The position numbers and the translations under genes are program-made. A stretch of 64,000 nt of DNA, taken from contig CALEMF010000031.1 of assembly GCA_937911505.1 (NCBI GenBank), forward strand, positions 16,805 to 80,804. Reading direction: 5' to 3'. The notes below the pieces were generated by a model. It did not search any database, was not told where the DNA came from, and saw nothing but the letters and a program-made list of their open reading frames with translations. Every line of letters begins with the position of its first letter. The first letter of the stretch is position 1. This document shows, piece after piece, positions 28,546 through 37,282 of the stretch. This stretch comes from an uncultured Cytophagales bacterium. Its GTDB lineage: Bacteria > Bacteroidota > Bacteroidia > Cytophagales > Thermonemataceae.

Positions 28546-29625
28546 TTAAGATTGAGAAGTGGTGGTTAGGTTAAAAGGTTTTTCGAACATAGGATAAATC
28601 ATCTGCCAAATATACGAGGAATAATCTCGCTCATCTAGCATAGCAAAGAGAATTTTTGGGTAAGTACATTGTACAAAGTACTGTGCTACCGTTTTACGTT
28701 CTTCAGGAGATAAATGTTTTCCAGATTGCTTGTGAGCAGCCGGAAAAGGGGCTTGCGAAAACTCCCGTTGTGCGGTCGTTTCTATGGCTTGGTACTTTGC
28801 CTGGAAGGTAGCCTTGGTTTGACGCACCCAGTTGAAAAACTCATCTGGAACACGCTCTAAAAGCGCATCAAAGGGTTGCGCCTCCTTGAGGTAAGTCCAA
28901 ATGGTACGTGTAGAAATTTGGGTAAGAATACGATGTAAACGTACGTACTCTTCAAACTTTACTTTTACCATAAAGCCATTGCGGAAGCGAATGACAAAAC
29001 CTTCTTTATTGTCAGCAGGTAAAGCGCGCAGAGATTGAAGGTCATTGATACCGTCATAGCGCGGTACAATCGGAAAACCCATTTCTTCAAGGGGCAGGTA
29101 CTGCCCTGTAGCCGTATCGATCATCGCTAGCAGTACAAGTTTTTCTTGTGCACCATAATCTACCACAATTCTATTATTAGGATAGATAATCTCAAAAAGA
29201 TAGGTAACGTCCTTTCTTAAATGAGCGAGGCTATCCCGGTAGGTATCGTACAACATAGCCGTAGCCCGTTGGGCTTGCTCGCTATCAAAAGAACCTCTGG
29301 TGGCCATAAAAGGTTGATCGTCAATCCAGTAGAGGATGCCCAACGAGCCATCCATCTTTTCAAATACTTCAAAGGGTTCATTTGGAAAATCACTGGAAGG
29401 ATGCTCTTCAAGGTTGAAAAATTTAGGAAAAGGGCGGGCTATAATCGCTTGTTGATCATTCAGAATCAACCCTCTACTTGCCAAAGTAGCCGCATTCCAG
29501 AGGCGTTCATATTGCGCGGAAGGCGTATAATTGTAAATGTATAAATCGGCTTTGGGGTGTTTTTGTACAGTCACGTACTTTTGCGCTACCATCTGTTGTA
29601 GCAAGCCGAAGTCAAAAGTTATCAT
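28546..29625 (-). CDS. T4 Rnl1-type ATP-dependent RNA ligase
   Basis: Nucleotidyltransferase motifs I EKMDGSLG (KxDG), III FEIIYPNNRIV, IV EGFVIRF and V VKVKFEEY. The N-terminal YIYNYT...ASRGLIL...ARPFPKFFNLEEHP is colinear with T4 Rnl1 (FSYNYA...CRGIMF...SRPMEKFFNLNENP, recalled from memory). Helical C-terminal domain. Confidence 0.85.
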   Translation of the reverse strand: MITFDFGLLQQMVAQKYVTVQKHPKADLYIYNYTPSAQYERLWNAATLASRGLILNDQQAIIARPFPKFFNLEEHPSSDFPNEPFEVFEKMDGSLGILYWIDDQPFMATRGSFDSEQAQRATAMLYDTYRDSLAHLRKDVTYLFEIIYPNNRIVVDYGAQEKLVLLAMIDTATGQYLPLEEMGFPIVPRYDGINDLQSLRALPADNKEGFVIRFRNGFMVKVKFEEYVRLHRILTQISTRTIWTYLKEAQPFDALLERVPDEFFNWVRQTKATFQAKYQAIETTAQREFSQAPFPAAHKQSGKHLSPEERKTVAQYFVQCTYPKILFAMLDERDYSSYIWQMIYPMFEKPFNLTTTSQS

Positions 29626-29682
29626 AAAAAAAGCGCTACAAATATAATACTACTCCGTAAACCTCAGTAAGAAAAAGTAGTT

Positions 29683-30423
29683 TTATGCCTTGAGAATACG
29701 CCATACCTGCGTGCCAATCTCCGTCCAAAGTTGCTTAAAATCTTGTTCACTATCTACTTTACCAGCTTGTTGTGCATCAGCTAAGTCTACCTGAACCGTC
29801 TGTAAAATTTGCTGCCACTTTTCCCGTACTTGGCTTGGTTCACCGCTTCCTAGTTTTATAGTACGCTCAGTAAGCATCAAGCGCATTTCTTTCTGGATAC
29901 CCAACAGTATATTTTGCTGCTCTTGTTGCGCGTAACTGTCTACAGGTGGGTTCTCTTCGAAGAAGTACAGAATTTCTTCCATCTTTGCGATGCGCTTCAA
30001 AATGTTGGTTTGTCCTTCAAATTCTGCCTTCAAAAAAGGGAGAAACTTGATAAAAGGCATCACACTCAACTGGGAGGAAGGTTCTAAGAGCCAGCTCCAG
30101 TCCTCTTCTTCGGTGTCACTGGACGTATTAGAAGCAGTAGTACGCGGTGCAGCTTCAATTTTCTCTAAAAGTTGTAGCAATTGTGTTCTAAGCCACAATA
30201 ATTGTTTACGATGGTCTTCTTTTTCTTTCTTGACGGTTGAGTCAAAGTTCTGTAGAATAGCTCTAAAATTGAGTAGCTGCACAAAGTCCTTTCTGATGGC
30301 TTCATTGGGATACCGAGCGAGGTGTTCATCAATGGCTTTAAAAATACGGTCAAAAATGGCCACATCGACACTGAGGCTCTGCTGGATGCTTGCTTCGCTA
30401 GGGAGTAAAGTGTTAAGGTTCAT
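29683..30423 (-). CDS. hypothetical helical protein (246 aa) of unknown function
   Basis: ORF between the helicase and the ligase with short gaps. Predicted helical halves are joined by an acidic Ser/Thr-rich linker (TTASNTSSDTEEEDWSW). No known motif. Confidence 0.5.
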   Translation of the reverse strand: MNLNTLLPSEASIQQSLSVDVAIFDRIFKAIDEHLARYPNEAIRKDFVQLLNFRAILQNFDSTVKKEKEDHRKQLLWLRTQLLQLLEKIEAAPRTTASNTSSDTEEEDWSWLLEPSSQLSVMPFIKFLPFLKAEFEGQTNILKRIAKMEEILYFFEENPPVDSYAQQEQQNILLGIQKEMRLMLTERTIKLGSGEPSQVREKWQQILQTVQVDLADAQQAGKVDSEQDFKQLWTEIGTQVWRILKA

Positions 30424-30544
30424 AAGTTATGGAATGTTAGCTGTAAGAAGGTCAGGCATTTTCTGTCTGCGCTCCTGCCATATAGGTCAGCAACTTACTA
30501 TAAAATTTTCCCTCTTGCAAGAGCGCTTCATTACCTAGAAGAAT

Positions 30545-33500
30545 CTACTGCTCTCTCGCTCTACTCAAGGCTACGTTTAGTTTCCTGTCAACGGTTTGCG
30601 CTGGATTAAACGCTTGTAAGTTTTGCATTTGTACGGGAGAGTTGACGGCCATTGATACAATGATGATGTCTCGCTCACTACCCTGATAGCGCTCTACGGT
30701 ATCAACCGTCACCATTTGGCGTAATTCTTCATCTAAGAGTTGGTAGATTTCAGCAATTTGCGCCCGATACGGAGTAATGACGCCTACTGCATCGGAATCA
30801 AACTGTCCTTTTTCCTTGAGCACTCGCCGCAGTGTATGTAGTAGCTTGACCACCTGTTGGGCTTCCTTGCGATGAAACTTAAAGTTATTCTCTTTTTCAG
30901 AAGGGAGGAAGAGAAGCCGACTGGTAGCAAGTAAGCGTTCAAGTGGGTCTTCGGAAGTGCTATCGTACCACTTTAAAGCAGTGAGTGGTTGGGTTTGGCG
31001 AGGCGAGCCGTGTTGTAAAGTTTTGTAAAATTCTTTATTGATGAAATCTGCAATAGTACGATGGGTACGAAACTGCGTAGAAAGCATGCGGTAGGCTTGT
31101 TGCCAGCCTTTTTGCTGGGCATTGTAAAGCAATCGCTCAAAAAGCGACACGCTTAAATTATTGATTTGTATTGAAGAGAGATGGGTGTCTTCTACTGCTT
31201 GGTAGCGTGTAGGTTGTGTGATAACAGCAGGAAGTTGTTTCTCATCGCCTACTAAGATAAAGCGCTTAAAGCGGGTAAGGATACCACAAAGGTGTGGTTC
31301 TAAGAGCTGAGAGGCTTCGTCTAAAATGACCGTGTCGAAAGCCATCCCAAGATGCATATAACGATAAAAAGAAGTAACTGTAGAGACAAAAATACGACAG
31401 GTTTGAAGCCGTTTTCGTACTTCCTGAATGCTTTCGGCGTGATGAAGATTCTGCGGAGCAAAAGCATGTGCGTCATTTACGTAGCCCAAGCGGATAAAGT
31501 CGGGAGTGATTTGGGCTACTTTTTGGCATATTTCGTCAGTAGCACGGTTGGTAAAAGCCAGTAGCACAATGGTTTCTTCAGTTTGTTCGTACAGGTACTT
31601 CACCAAATTTTTAATCATTTTGGAGGTTTTACCTGTGCCTGGAGGGCCTTGTAATAAGAAGTAGTCTTTTGCACTCAGTGCTTGTCTAAGAATGTCGTTT
31701 TGCTCAGGGCTTACCTCTTCTGCTTGAAAAGTAAAGTGTGGTTCGAAGCGAGGCGCTTCTAGCCCTAATAATAGGCGTTGCTTCATTTCGTCTGCCCCTA
31801 GAAAGCTCGCCAAAGAAGCAAACTGGTACTGAAAGCCTTGCTCGCTCATATCGGGTTCTATGGCCCAAAAAGGAAAACGCTCAAAAAACTGCGCGTCTAT
31901 GAAGCGATTTCGTAAAGAAAGTACCAAATGGGTAGGCGTGATTTCAGCAATGTTGCCCTTTAAAATTTGCTGGCGTAAAGGGAAGGTATCTTCTTGTTCA
32001 TGTGGGTACAAAACGATGATATCACCTACACGAAAGCTGGTAATGGTAGGAGAGGGGCGCTGTAGCTGTAGTTTTCGCTCTTTCTCATCAAAAGATTGTA
32101 CGGTGAGGTGGCTTAGGATAATGAAATTACTCTTCTTTTCTTCTAAAGAACTCTTCCAAAGGGTGGCAAAGCCTTCTTCTACAGCCTCGGCGCGTGTAAC
32201 ACCGCCTACTTTCGCGATCAGCGCTTCGCGCGCTACTAACCCACAAAAGGTACTAAAATACGCCTTGACAAGCGGACTGGCCTTCTCCCATTTTTCTTGA
32301 AAAATACGCGCATCTTTCAGGACGAAAGGAGGAACTTTTGCTTTTTCGAGTCGGGCAAGAAGGTGATCGAATACCTTACCATTGGCTTGAGCCACTTCAT
32401 AGTCTAAGCTCACGATGCGATTGCGTAGCATCATCGCCTTTTGTTTTTGGAAGTTGAGCTTTCCACAGTCACGCAACGGATGTTGGGCATCTTGAGAGTA
32501 CAAGACCGCACTGATGCCGTTACGATCGGGAAAAGTACTGTCAAGTAGGAGGTTATAACAAGCCACCTGAATCAACTCGTTTTCATGTGCTACTTTTGCT
32601 ACGTGCGCAGGTCTCTTGGTACTTTTTAGCTCAAAAATATCTTTACGGGTACGATGGTGTTCTTCTCGGTATTCAATAAGGGCATCAATACGCCCTTGTA
32701 AGCCATACACTGGGGAGATAAAACAAGGATCGGTGGTAATGGCGTGTTCTTTAAAGGCAGTTACTTGATTTTTAAGCGTATAAAACTGCTTTTTGAGTTG
32801 TTCATATACTTGCTTGAGCGTATCACGGTCATAGAGCGCACAGTCAATGGATTTATCGTTAAAAGCTTGTTGGGCTGCTTCAGCAAAAGCAATTTCTGGA
32901 TCAACGACAAGGCTATCAAGGAGGTCGTTCACGAGGTTTCCTGCCAGCATAGCAGGTTTGGTCTCCGTAAAGGTAAGCTTATTTAAAAGATAGAGATAAG
33001 GAGAGTTTCCTGAAAAGTGTACACAACGGGCAATGGCCGAAGCATCTACCAGATAGTCAGGACTAGCCACGATCAGCGTATCGTCTGTAGTAAGGAAGTG
33101 GTGGTCGTCGAGTACTTCTAGTTGTGTAAAATAAACCGACTGAAACTTACGTAAATAGTGCAGGTTCTGCGTGAGGCGGTGGGTGTAATTACTTCCGTAG
33201 CGAATATTGGTTACTGTGATGGTTACTTTTCCAAAAGCCTCTGTATTACACGTTACTTCACTTTGCCCTACGTTGGTCTTCTCTTCGTAAGTAATAGCGG
33301 TTTTTTCCAGAAAAGTAGCATAGAGCAAGGAGACTACCTTTTCAGGACGCTGTTTGAAAATAATACAAGAAAGATCAGTATCAGGAAGCCACGCCTGTAG
33401 CTTTTCAGGAATAGGTTGCTCCGCAAATTGATCAATGAGATGGGCGACCACCCATACGGTAGCTTTTATTTCTTGTGGTTCTGGTACGAGCCGTGGTTGG

Positions 33501-33772
33501 CTATTGTACTTTCTGATAAGTCGCCTTACGGCCTGAAGACGATCTTCCCAATCTGCATCGAGGTTATAGGCTTGTATGACGAAGTTGATTTTAGAAAACC
33601 AGCCAATAAATACTTGTTTTTCTCGCTGCTCGGTAAGTACATTGATCAATTGAAAAAAGATAAAACCTACCTGTTGCAATTGTAAACGTGTATCCTGTGG
33701 TTTCAGGCCGTGTTGGAGATTGTCGTAAAAGTATTGACTTTCAAGCGGTGTAATAAGCCATGACTGCGACAT
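30545..33772 (-). CDS. Dna2/Nhi-like nuclease-helicase: PD-(D/E)xK (Cas4/RecB-type) nuclease plus Upf1/Dna2-type SF1B helicase, ended prematurely by an in-frame TAG
   Basis: Nuclease core GLQGRIDAL...DIFELKSTK...QVACYNLL. Helicase motifs LLQGPPGTGKTS, VILDEASQ, LVGDEKQLPAV, TQFRTH, VITPYRAQ, TVERYQGSERD and KLNVALSRAREQ. The ATG at 33770-33772 is preferred over the TTG at 33832. The frame stays open for 30 more codons after the TAG, down to a TGA at 30452-30454. Confidence 0.85.
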   Translation of the reverse strand: MSQSWLITPLESQYFYDNLQHGLKPQDTRLQLQQVGFIFFQLINVLTEQREKQVFIGWFSKINFVIQAYNLDADWEDRLQAVRRLIRKYNSQPRLVPEPQEIKATVWVVAHLIDQFAEQPIPEKLQAWLPDTDLSCIIFKQRPEKVVSLLYATFLEKTAITYEEKTNVGQSEVTCNTEAFGKVTITVTNIRYGSNYTHRLTQNLHYLRKFQSVYFTQLEVLDDHHFLTTDDTLIVASPDYLVDASAIARCVHFSGNSPYLYLLNKLTFTETKPAMLAGNLVNDLLDSLVVDPEIAFAEAAQQAFNDKSIDCALYDRDTLKQVYEQLKKQFYTLKNQVTAFKEHAITTDPCFISPVYGLQGRIDALIEYREEHHRTRKDIFELKSTKRPAHVAKVAHENELIQVACYNLLLDSTFPDRNGISAVLYSQDAQHPLRDCGKLNFQKQKAMMLRNRIVSLDYEVAQANGKVFDHLLARLEKAKVPPFVLKDARIFQEKWEKASPLVKAYFSTFCGLVAREALIAKVGGVTRAEAVEEGFATLWKSSLEEKKSNFIILSHLTVQSFDEKERKLQLQRPSPTITSFRVGDIIVLYPHEQEDTFPLRQQILKGNIAEITPTHLVLSLRNRFIDAQFFERFPFWAIEPDMSEQGFQYQFASLASFLGADEMKQRLLLGLEAPRFEPHFTFQAEEVSPEQNDILRQALSAKDYFLLQGPPGTGKTSKMIKNLVKYLYEQTEETIVLLAFTNRATDEICQKVAQITPDFIRLGYVNDAHAFAPQNLHHAESIQEVRKRLQTCRIFVSTVTSFYRYMHLGMAFDTVILDEASQLLEPHLCGILTRFKRFILVGDEKQLPAVITQPTRYQAVEDTHLSSIQINNLSVSLFERLLYNAQQKGWQQAYRMLSTQFRTHRTIADFINKEFYKTLQHGSPRQTQPLTALKWYDSTSEDPLERLLATSRLLFLPSEKENNFKFHRKEAQQVVKLLHTLRRVLKEKGQFDSDAVGVITPYRAQIAEIYQLLDEELRQMVTVDTVERYQGSERDIIIVSMAVNSPVQMQNLQAFNPAQTVDRKLNVALSRAREQ

Positions 33773-33997
33773 ACAAGCGGAGATTTTTGAGAGACTTCCT
33801 ACAAATATCTGACAAGCTGCTGTGAATTGCAAATAGGAAAAATACGCTATGCTGTTTTAGTACAATAAGTTGGAGGAAATCGTAATAGCAAGCAAGTGAA
33901 AGAGCAGTATATATGATGAAATTATGGTTCATTTTTTGAGGAGACTACCAAAATTAGCTGAAATTGCTGTCTTAAGAACCAATTAAACACATAAAAC

Positions 33998-35479
33998 ATG
34001 TCCCGTTTTAGCCTATTTATCTGGATGCTGGTAAGCTGTATTCTTTACTTATCTAGCTGTAGAGATAACTCAGAACCCACTACCCCTGTTGTAGCCGATC
34101 AGGATATCACTTTTCAAGTAGAGGTATCTACTGGTACGTTATATCCAGCCTTTCAACCTGATATTACTGAATACTATATATCTTCCTCAAATACTTTGCG
34201 AGAGATAGAAGTGAACGTTAAGGGTGCAAGCGTCTCTGATGTTCGCATCAATGGTAGCGCAACAACTACCAATAGTCGTACTTTTCGCCTCAATAAAGCA
34301 GAGGATATTACAGTAACTTTCAATGACCACGAAGGAGAAGCACGTACTTATACAATTTACTACCTGCCAAATGATTTAATGGAGGTAGAAGTGACTACCT
34401 CAGACAACCCTGCTGAGGGGTACATACTCATCAATCAAGAGTTGTATCCATCTATGCCAGATGATTCCACTTATATCGCTATTTTAGATAATGAAGGATT
34501 TCCAGTGTACTACAAGCGAGTTCTTGGTGTAGCTACCAACTTCCAATACTTTGAGCTTCCTAACGGTACAAAGCGCTTTACTTACCATGAGAGTAGTGGT
34601 GATGTAGTGGTTATGAACCTGCAATTTGAAGAGGTAGACCGCGTAAGACTTCTTCCACACGGCGACCATCAAGGCTATCCAACCGACTTTCACGATGTAA
34701 TCTTACTGGGTGAAGATCACTATGTAGTACCCGCTTACGTTACGCGACAAAATGTAGATCTGACGGAGCTAGGTGGGCAAAGTGCGGTAGATTTAGTAGA
34801 GCTTGTCTTTCAAGAGATCAAAGCGGGGCAAGTAATATTTGAGTGGAGTAGCGCCGACCATCCAGCCTTACTTAACGCCACCGACGATGTTTATTTAACC
34901 CAGTACGCTACTGCGTCCGAAGTAGACTATTTTCACTTTACTTCATTCGTAATTGACCCCAGTGATAATCACTTTGTGGTTTCAGCGCGTCATACCAACC
35001 AAATATATAAGATTCATCGTACTACAGGAGAAATTCTTTGGCGCTTAGGTGGTAAAACGGATGACTTTGAGCTTCCGCAGGTGTTGAAATTCTCACATCA
35101 ACACCACGCTACTATTACGAAGGACGGCACGTTACTATTCTTTGATAATGGTAATACAAGACCTTCCAGGTTTGGATCTAAAGGATCTAAAATTATGGAG
35201 TTTACCCTAGATGAGGTTAATAAAGTTGCTACGTCTGAACTAGACTATCTTGTAGTAGGTAAATACATGGACTTTATGGGTTCTGCACAACGACTGGCGA
35301 ACGGTCATACCTTGATTGGTTGGGGAGGTAATACCAGCTCCCAGCAGAATGCAGATAAATCTGATATCAGAGAACTTAGCAGCGATAATGACGTAGTACT
35401 CGAAATGTTTTTTACCAATCCAACGGATCGTTTTACTTATTCTTATCGCGCGCTGAAATACAACATAGATTTTAACTAA
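33998..35479 (+). CDS. secreted arylsulfotransferase (ASST)-family beta-propeller protein with an N-terminal cadherin-like beta-sandwich
   Basis: Lipoprotein-like signal (LYLSSC). LYPAFQPDITEYYI cadherin-like motif. ASST-like DFHDV, DYFHFTSF and HQHHATITKDGTLLFFDNGN. Confidence 0.6.
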   Translation: MSRFSLFIWMLVSCILYLSSCRDNSEPTTPVVADQDITFQVEVSTGTLYPAFQPDITEYYISSSNTLREIEVNVKGASVSDVRINGSATTTNSRTFRLNKAEDITVTFNDHEGEARTYTIYYLPNDLMEVEVTTSDNPAEGYILINQELYPSMPDDSTYIAILDNEGFPVYYKRVLGVATNFQYFELPNGTKRFTYHESSGDVVVMNLQFEEVDRVRLLPHGDHQGYPTDFHDVILLGEDHYVVPAYVTRQNVDLTELGGQSAVDLVELVFQEIKAGQVIFEWSSADHPALLNATDDVYLTQYATASEVDYFHFTSFVIDPSDNHFVVSARHTNQIYKIHRTTGEILWRLGGKTDDFELPQVLKFSHQHHATITKDGTLLFFDNGNTRPSRFGSKGSKIMEFTLDEVNKVATSELDYLVVGKYMDFMGSAQRLANGHTLIGWGGNTSSQQNADKSDIRELSSDNDVVLEMFFTNPTDRFTYSYRALKYNIDFN

Positions 35480-35515
35480 TGCAATGACCAAACGTAAGGG
35501 TATAAATAGTTGACC

Positions 35516-36853
35516 TTACATCTTCTGAAACTGATAAGGGCGTCCGTTTTGATCCATCAAGAAACCGCTAATTTGCTGTTGTCCATCGCGTAGAAAATCC
35601 ATCTTAATGAATCCAGCGTTGAACTCGAAGCTATCCTTTTGTAGGGGAGAGAGCGGAAAACCCGATTCTTTTGTGCTGTAAGCCATCAAAATACCGTCCT
35701 TAACGCGTAGTGTCATCTTTACAGGTGATCGGGTGAGTACGTACTCGCCTTCATACTGTTTTAGTTCTTCTGCGCTAGGTTGGTAGAGTTCAAAGGAAGG
35801 AATATCGTAATCGCCTCCAAAGTAAATCTTGAATACACTCCGCATGAGTTCTATCAAAGAATAGTTAGAACCGTTGGTGCAAAGTGAGATAGAGGTTTGG
35901 CTATCAGGGAAATACGATACTGTCGCCGCAAAAGCATCAATACCACCATTATGACCGTAAGCGCTTTTTCCTTCAATAGGAAATTGAAAAAGACCGTGCC
36001 CAAAGCCATCATCGATGGTAGTCATAGTGTCCAGAGAACGCTGACTGACCAAGGCTCCTTCAAAAAGTGCGGTCATAAAGCGGTTAATATCTTGTGGGGT
36101 AGAAACGATTGCACCTGCTCCGTGGGCTACGCTCGGATGGGTGATAGAGTTGAGGTACCAAGCGTATTGCTCGTAATAGTAGGAGCGCGTAGCAGAAGTA
36201 TACTCTGTAGCAGCAGAAGTATTCTTGAGCTTGGCCTTTTTGATTACTTGCTTTTTTAGCACCTTTTCGTAAGACTTTCCGCTAATGTCTTCTATGATAT
36301 ACCCTAAAATAAGGTAGTTGGTAGGGTTAAAACCGTGTTCGTAGCCAGGGTTCATAATAGGCTCACGCTTACTAAGTAAATCGACCATTTGTGCTTTGGT
36401 ACGTGGTTGTTGATACCAAGTTTGGTAGGTACTATCCATAAGAAGATTATACATACCGCTTTGGTGGGTAAGTAAGTGCGCAACAGTAATCTCTTTGGCG
36501 TTGGGGAGCTGTGGATAGTAAGTATCTAAAGGAGTATCTAGAGACAGCTTTTGGGCGTCAATGAGTTGAAAGATCATCACCGCTGTAAACATATTGGTCA
36601 GTGAGCCTATACGATAAGTCGTGTTGGGTAGAGAAGCAACGGGTGGTTCCAAAAGGGATTTACCAATGGCTTTATTGTAAACAATTTCCCCTTTTTCCAT
36701 AATGGAAAGGGTTCCCATCACACGGTCGTGAAAGGCCAAACTATCAAATAATTGACTCAGTTTAGCTTTATCAAAATTAGTTTGTGCTTGTAAGCCAGTA
36801 CAGATTAAAAAGAGGAGGAAAAATAAGGGATAAATTCTCTTAAAAAATAACAT
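35516..36853 (-). CDS. class C beta-lactamase/PBP-fold serine hydrolase family protein with non-canonical active-site motifs
   Basis: Signal peptide and family-typical YRIGSLTNMFTAVMIFQLID..KLSLD, LLTHQSG, PGYEHGFNPTNYLILGYIIE and YGHNGG. The SxxK box reads SLTN and the YxN box reads FNP. Confidence 0.75.
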   Translation of the reverse strand: MLFFKRIYPLFFLLFLICTGLQAQTNFDKAKLSQLFDSLAFHDRVMGTLSIMEKGEIVYNKAIGKSLLEPPVASLPNTTYRIGSLTNMFTAVMIFQLIDAQKLSLDTPLDTYYPQLPNAKEITVAHLLTHQSGMYNLLMDSTYQTWYQQPRTKAQMVDLLSKREPIMNPGYEHGFNPTNYLILGYIIEDISGKSYEKVLKKQVIKKAKLKNTSAATEYTSATRSYYYEQYAWYLNSITHPSVAHGAGAIVSTPQDINRFMTALFEGALVSQRSLDTMTTIDDGFGHGLFQFPIEGKSAYGHNGGIDAFAATVSYFPDSQTSISLCTNGSNYSLIELMRSVFKIYFGGDYDIPSFELYQPSAEELKQYEGEYVLTRSPVKMTLRVKDGILMAYSTKESGFPLSPLQKDSFEFNAGFIKMDFLRDGQQQISGFLMDQNGRPYQFQKM

Positions 36854-36856
36854 ATT

Positions 36857-37282
36857 TTACATTTCTAAAAAACGTTCTCTTTCTTCTGGGGTAGGCATAG
36901 GACAGACCTCTTTTCTACCAAACCATTTGTAGCGGTAACGTGCCACTATATCGTATACGAAATTTCTAATAAAAGGTGGTACAATGACAAATATGTACAA
37001 TAAAAACCAAGCCCCTTTCAACTGTCTTGTCATTTCTAGTGCTGCTCTAGACTTTTTATAAAGTTGATTGTTTTTGATGAGTACTACGCTGTCAAAGGAT
37101 TTTGAATCTTTGGAGAAATACTGAAGTAATTCTTGTGCAATGCCACTCTGTAGGCTAGCAAAAACAAAGTTTTTATCTGGGTCTCGTCGCATTACGAAAT
37201 TAACCGCTTCATTACAGAGGTTACAGACCCCATCGAACAACACAATAGACTTTTCACTCGCTATGATTGACTGTACTGTCAT
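36857..37282 (-). CDS. DCC-family thiol-disulfide oxidoreductase (DUF393)
   Basis: N-terminal LFDGVCNLCN motif. 141 aa. Abuts both neighbouring genes. Confidence 0.8.
   Translation of the reverse strand: MTVQSIIASEKSIVLFDGVCNLCNEAVNFVMRRDPDKNFVFASLQSGIAQELLQYFSKDSKSFDSVVLIKNNQLYKKSRAALEMTRQLKGAWFLLYIFVIVPPFIRNFVYDIVARYRYKWFGRKEVCPMPTPEERERFLEM

Noticed and set aside
17852-30547. Possible stop-codon reassignment or systematic read-through, prompted by in-frame TAA (nupC) and TAG (helicase) codons.
   Set aside because: TAA ends sdhA, sdhB, smpB, recQ and the outer membrane factor gene at the expected lengths. TAG ends nupC itself and the 222..647 ORF. The standard code therefore applies, and these are isolated nonsense codons.
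32400-32800. A Cas4/Dna2-style Fe-S cluster (four Cys) around the PD-(D/E)xK nuclease core.
   Set aside because: Only isolated cysteines are visible (for example DPCF) and there is no CxxC...C cluster, so I do not claim an Fe-S domain.
33741-33932. A 63-aa ORF in the divergent promoter region between the helicase and the ASST gene, and the TTG-extended helicase start at 33832.
   Set aside because: The hydrophobic junk-like sequence overlaps the helicase 5-prime region. The ATG at 33772 gives a cleaner start.
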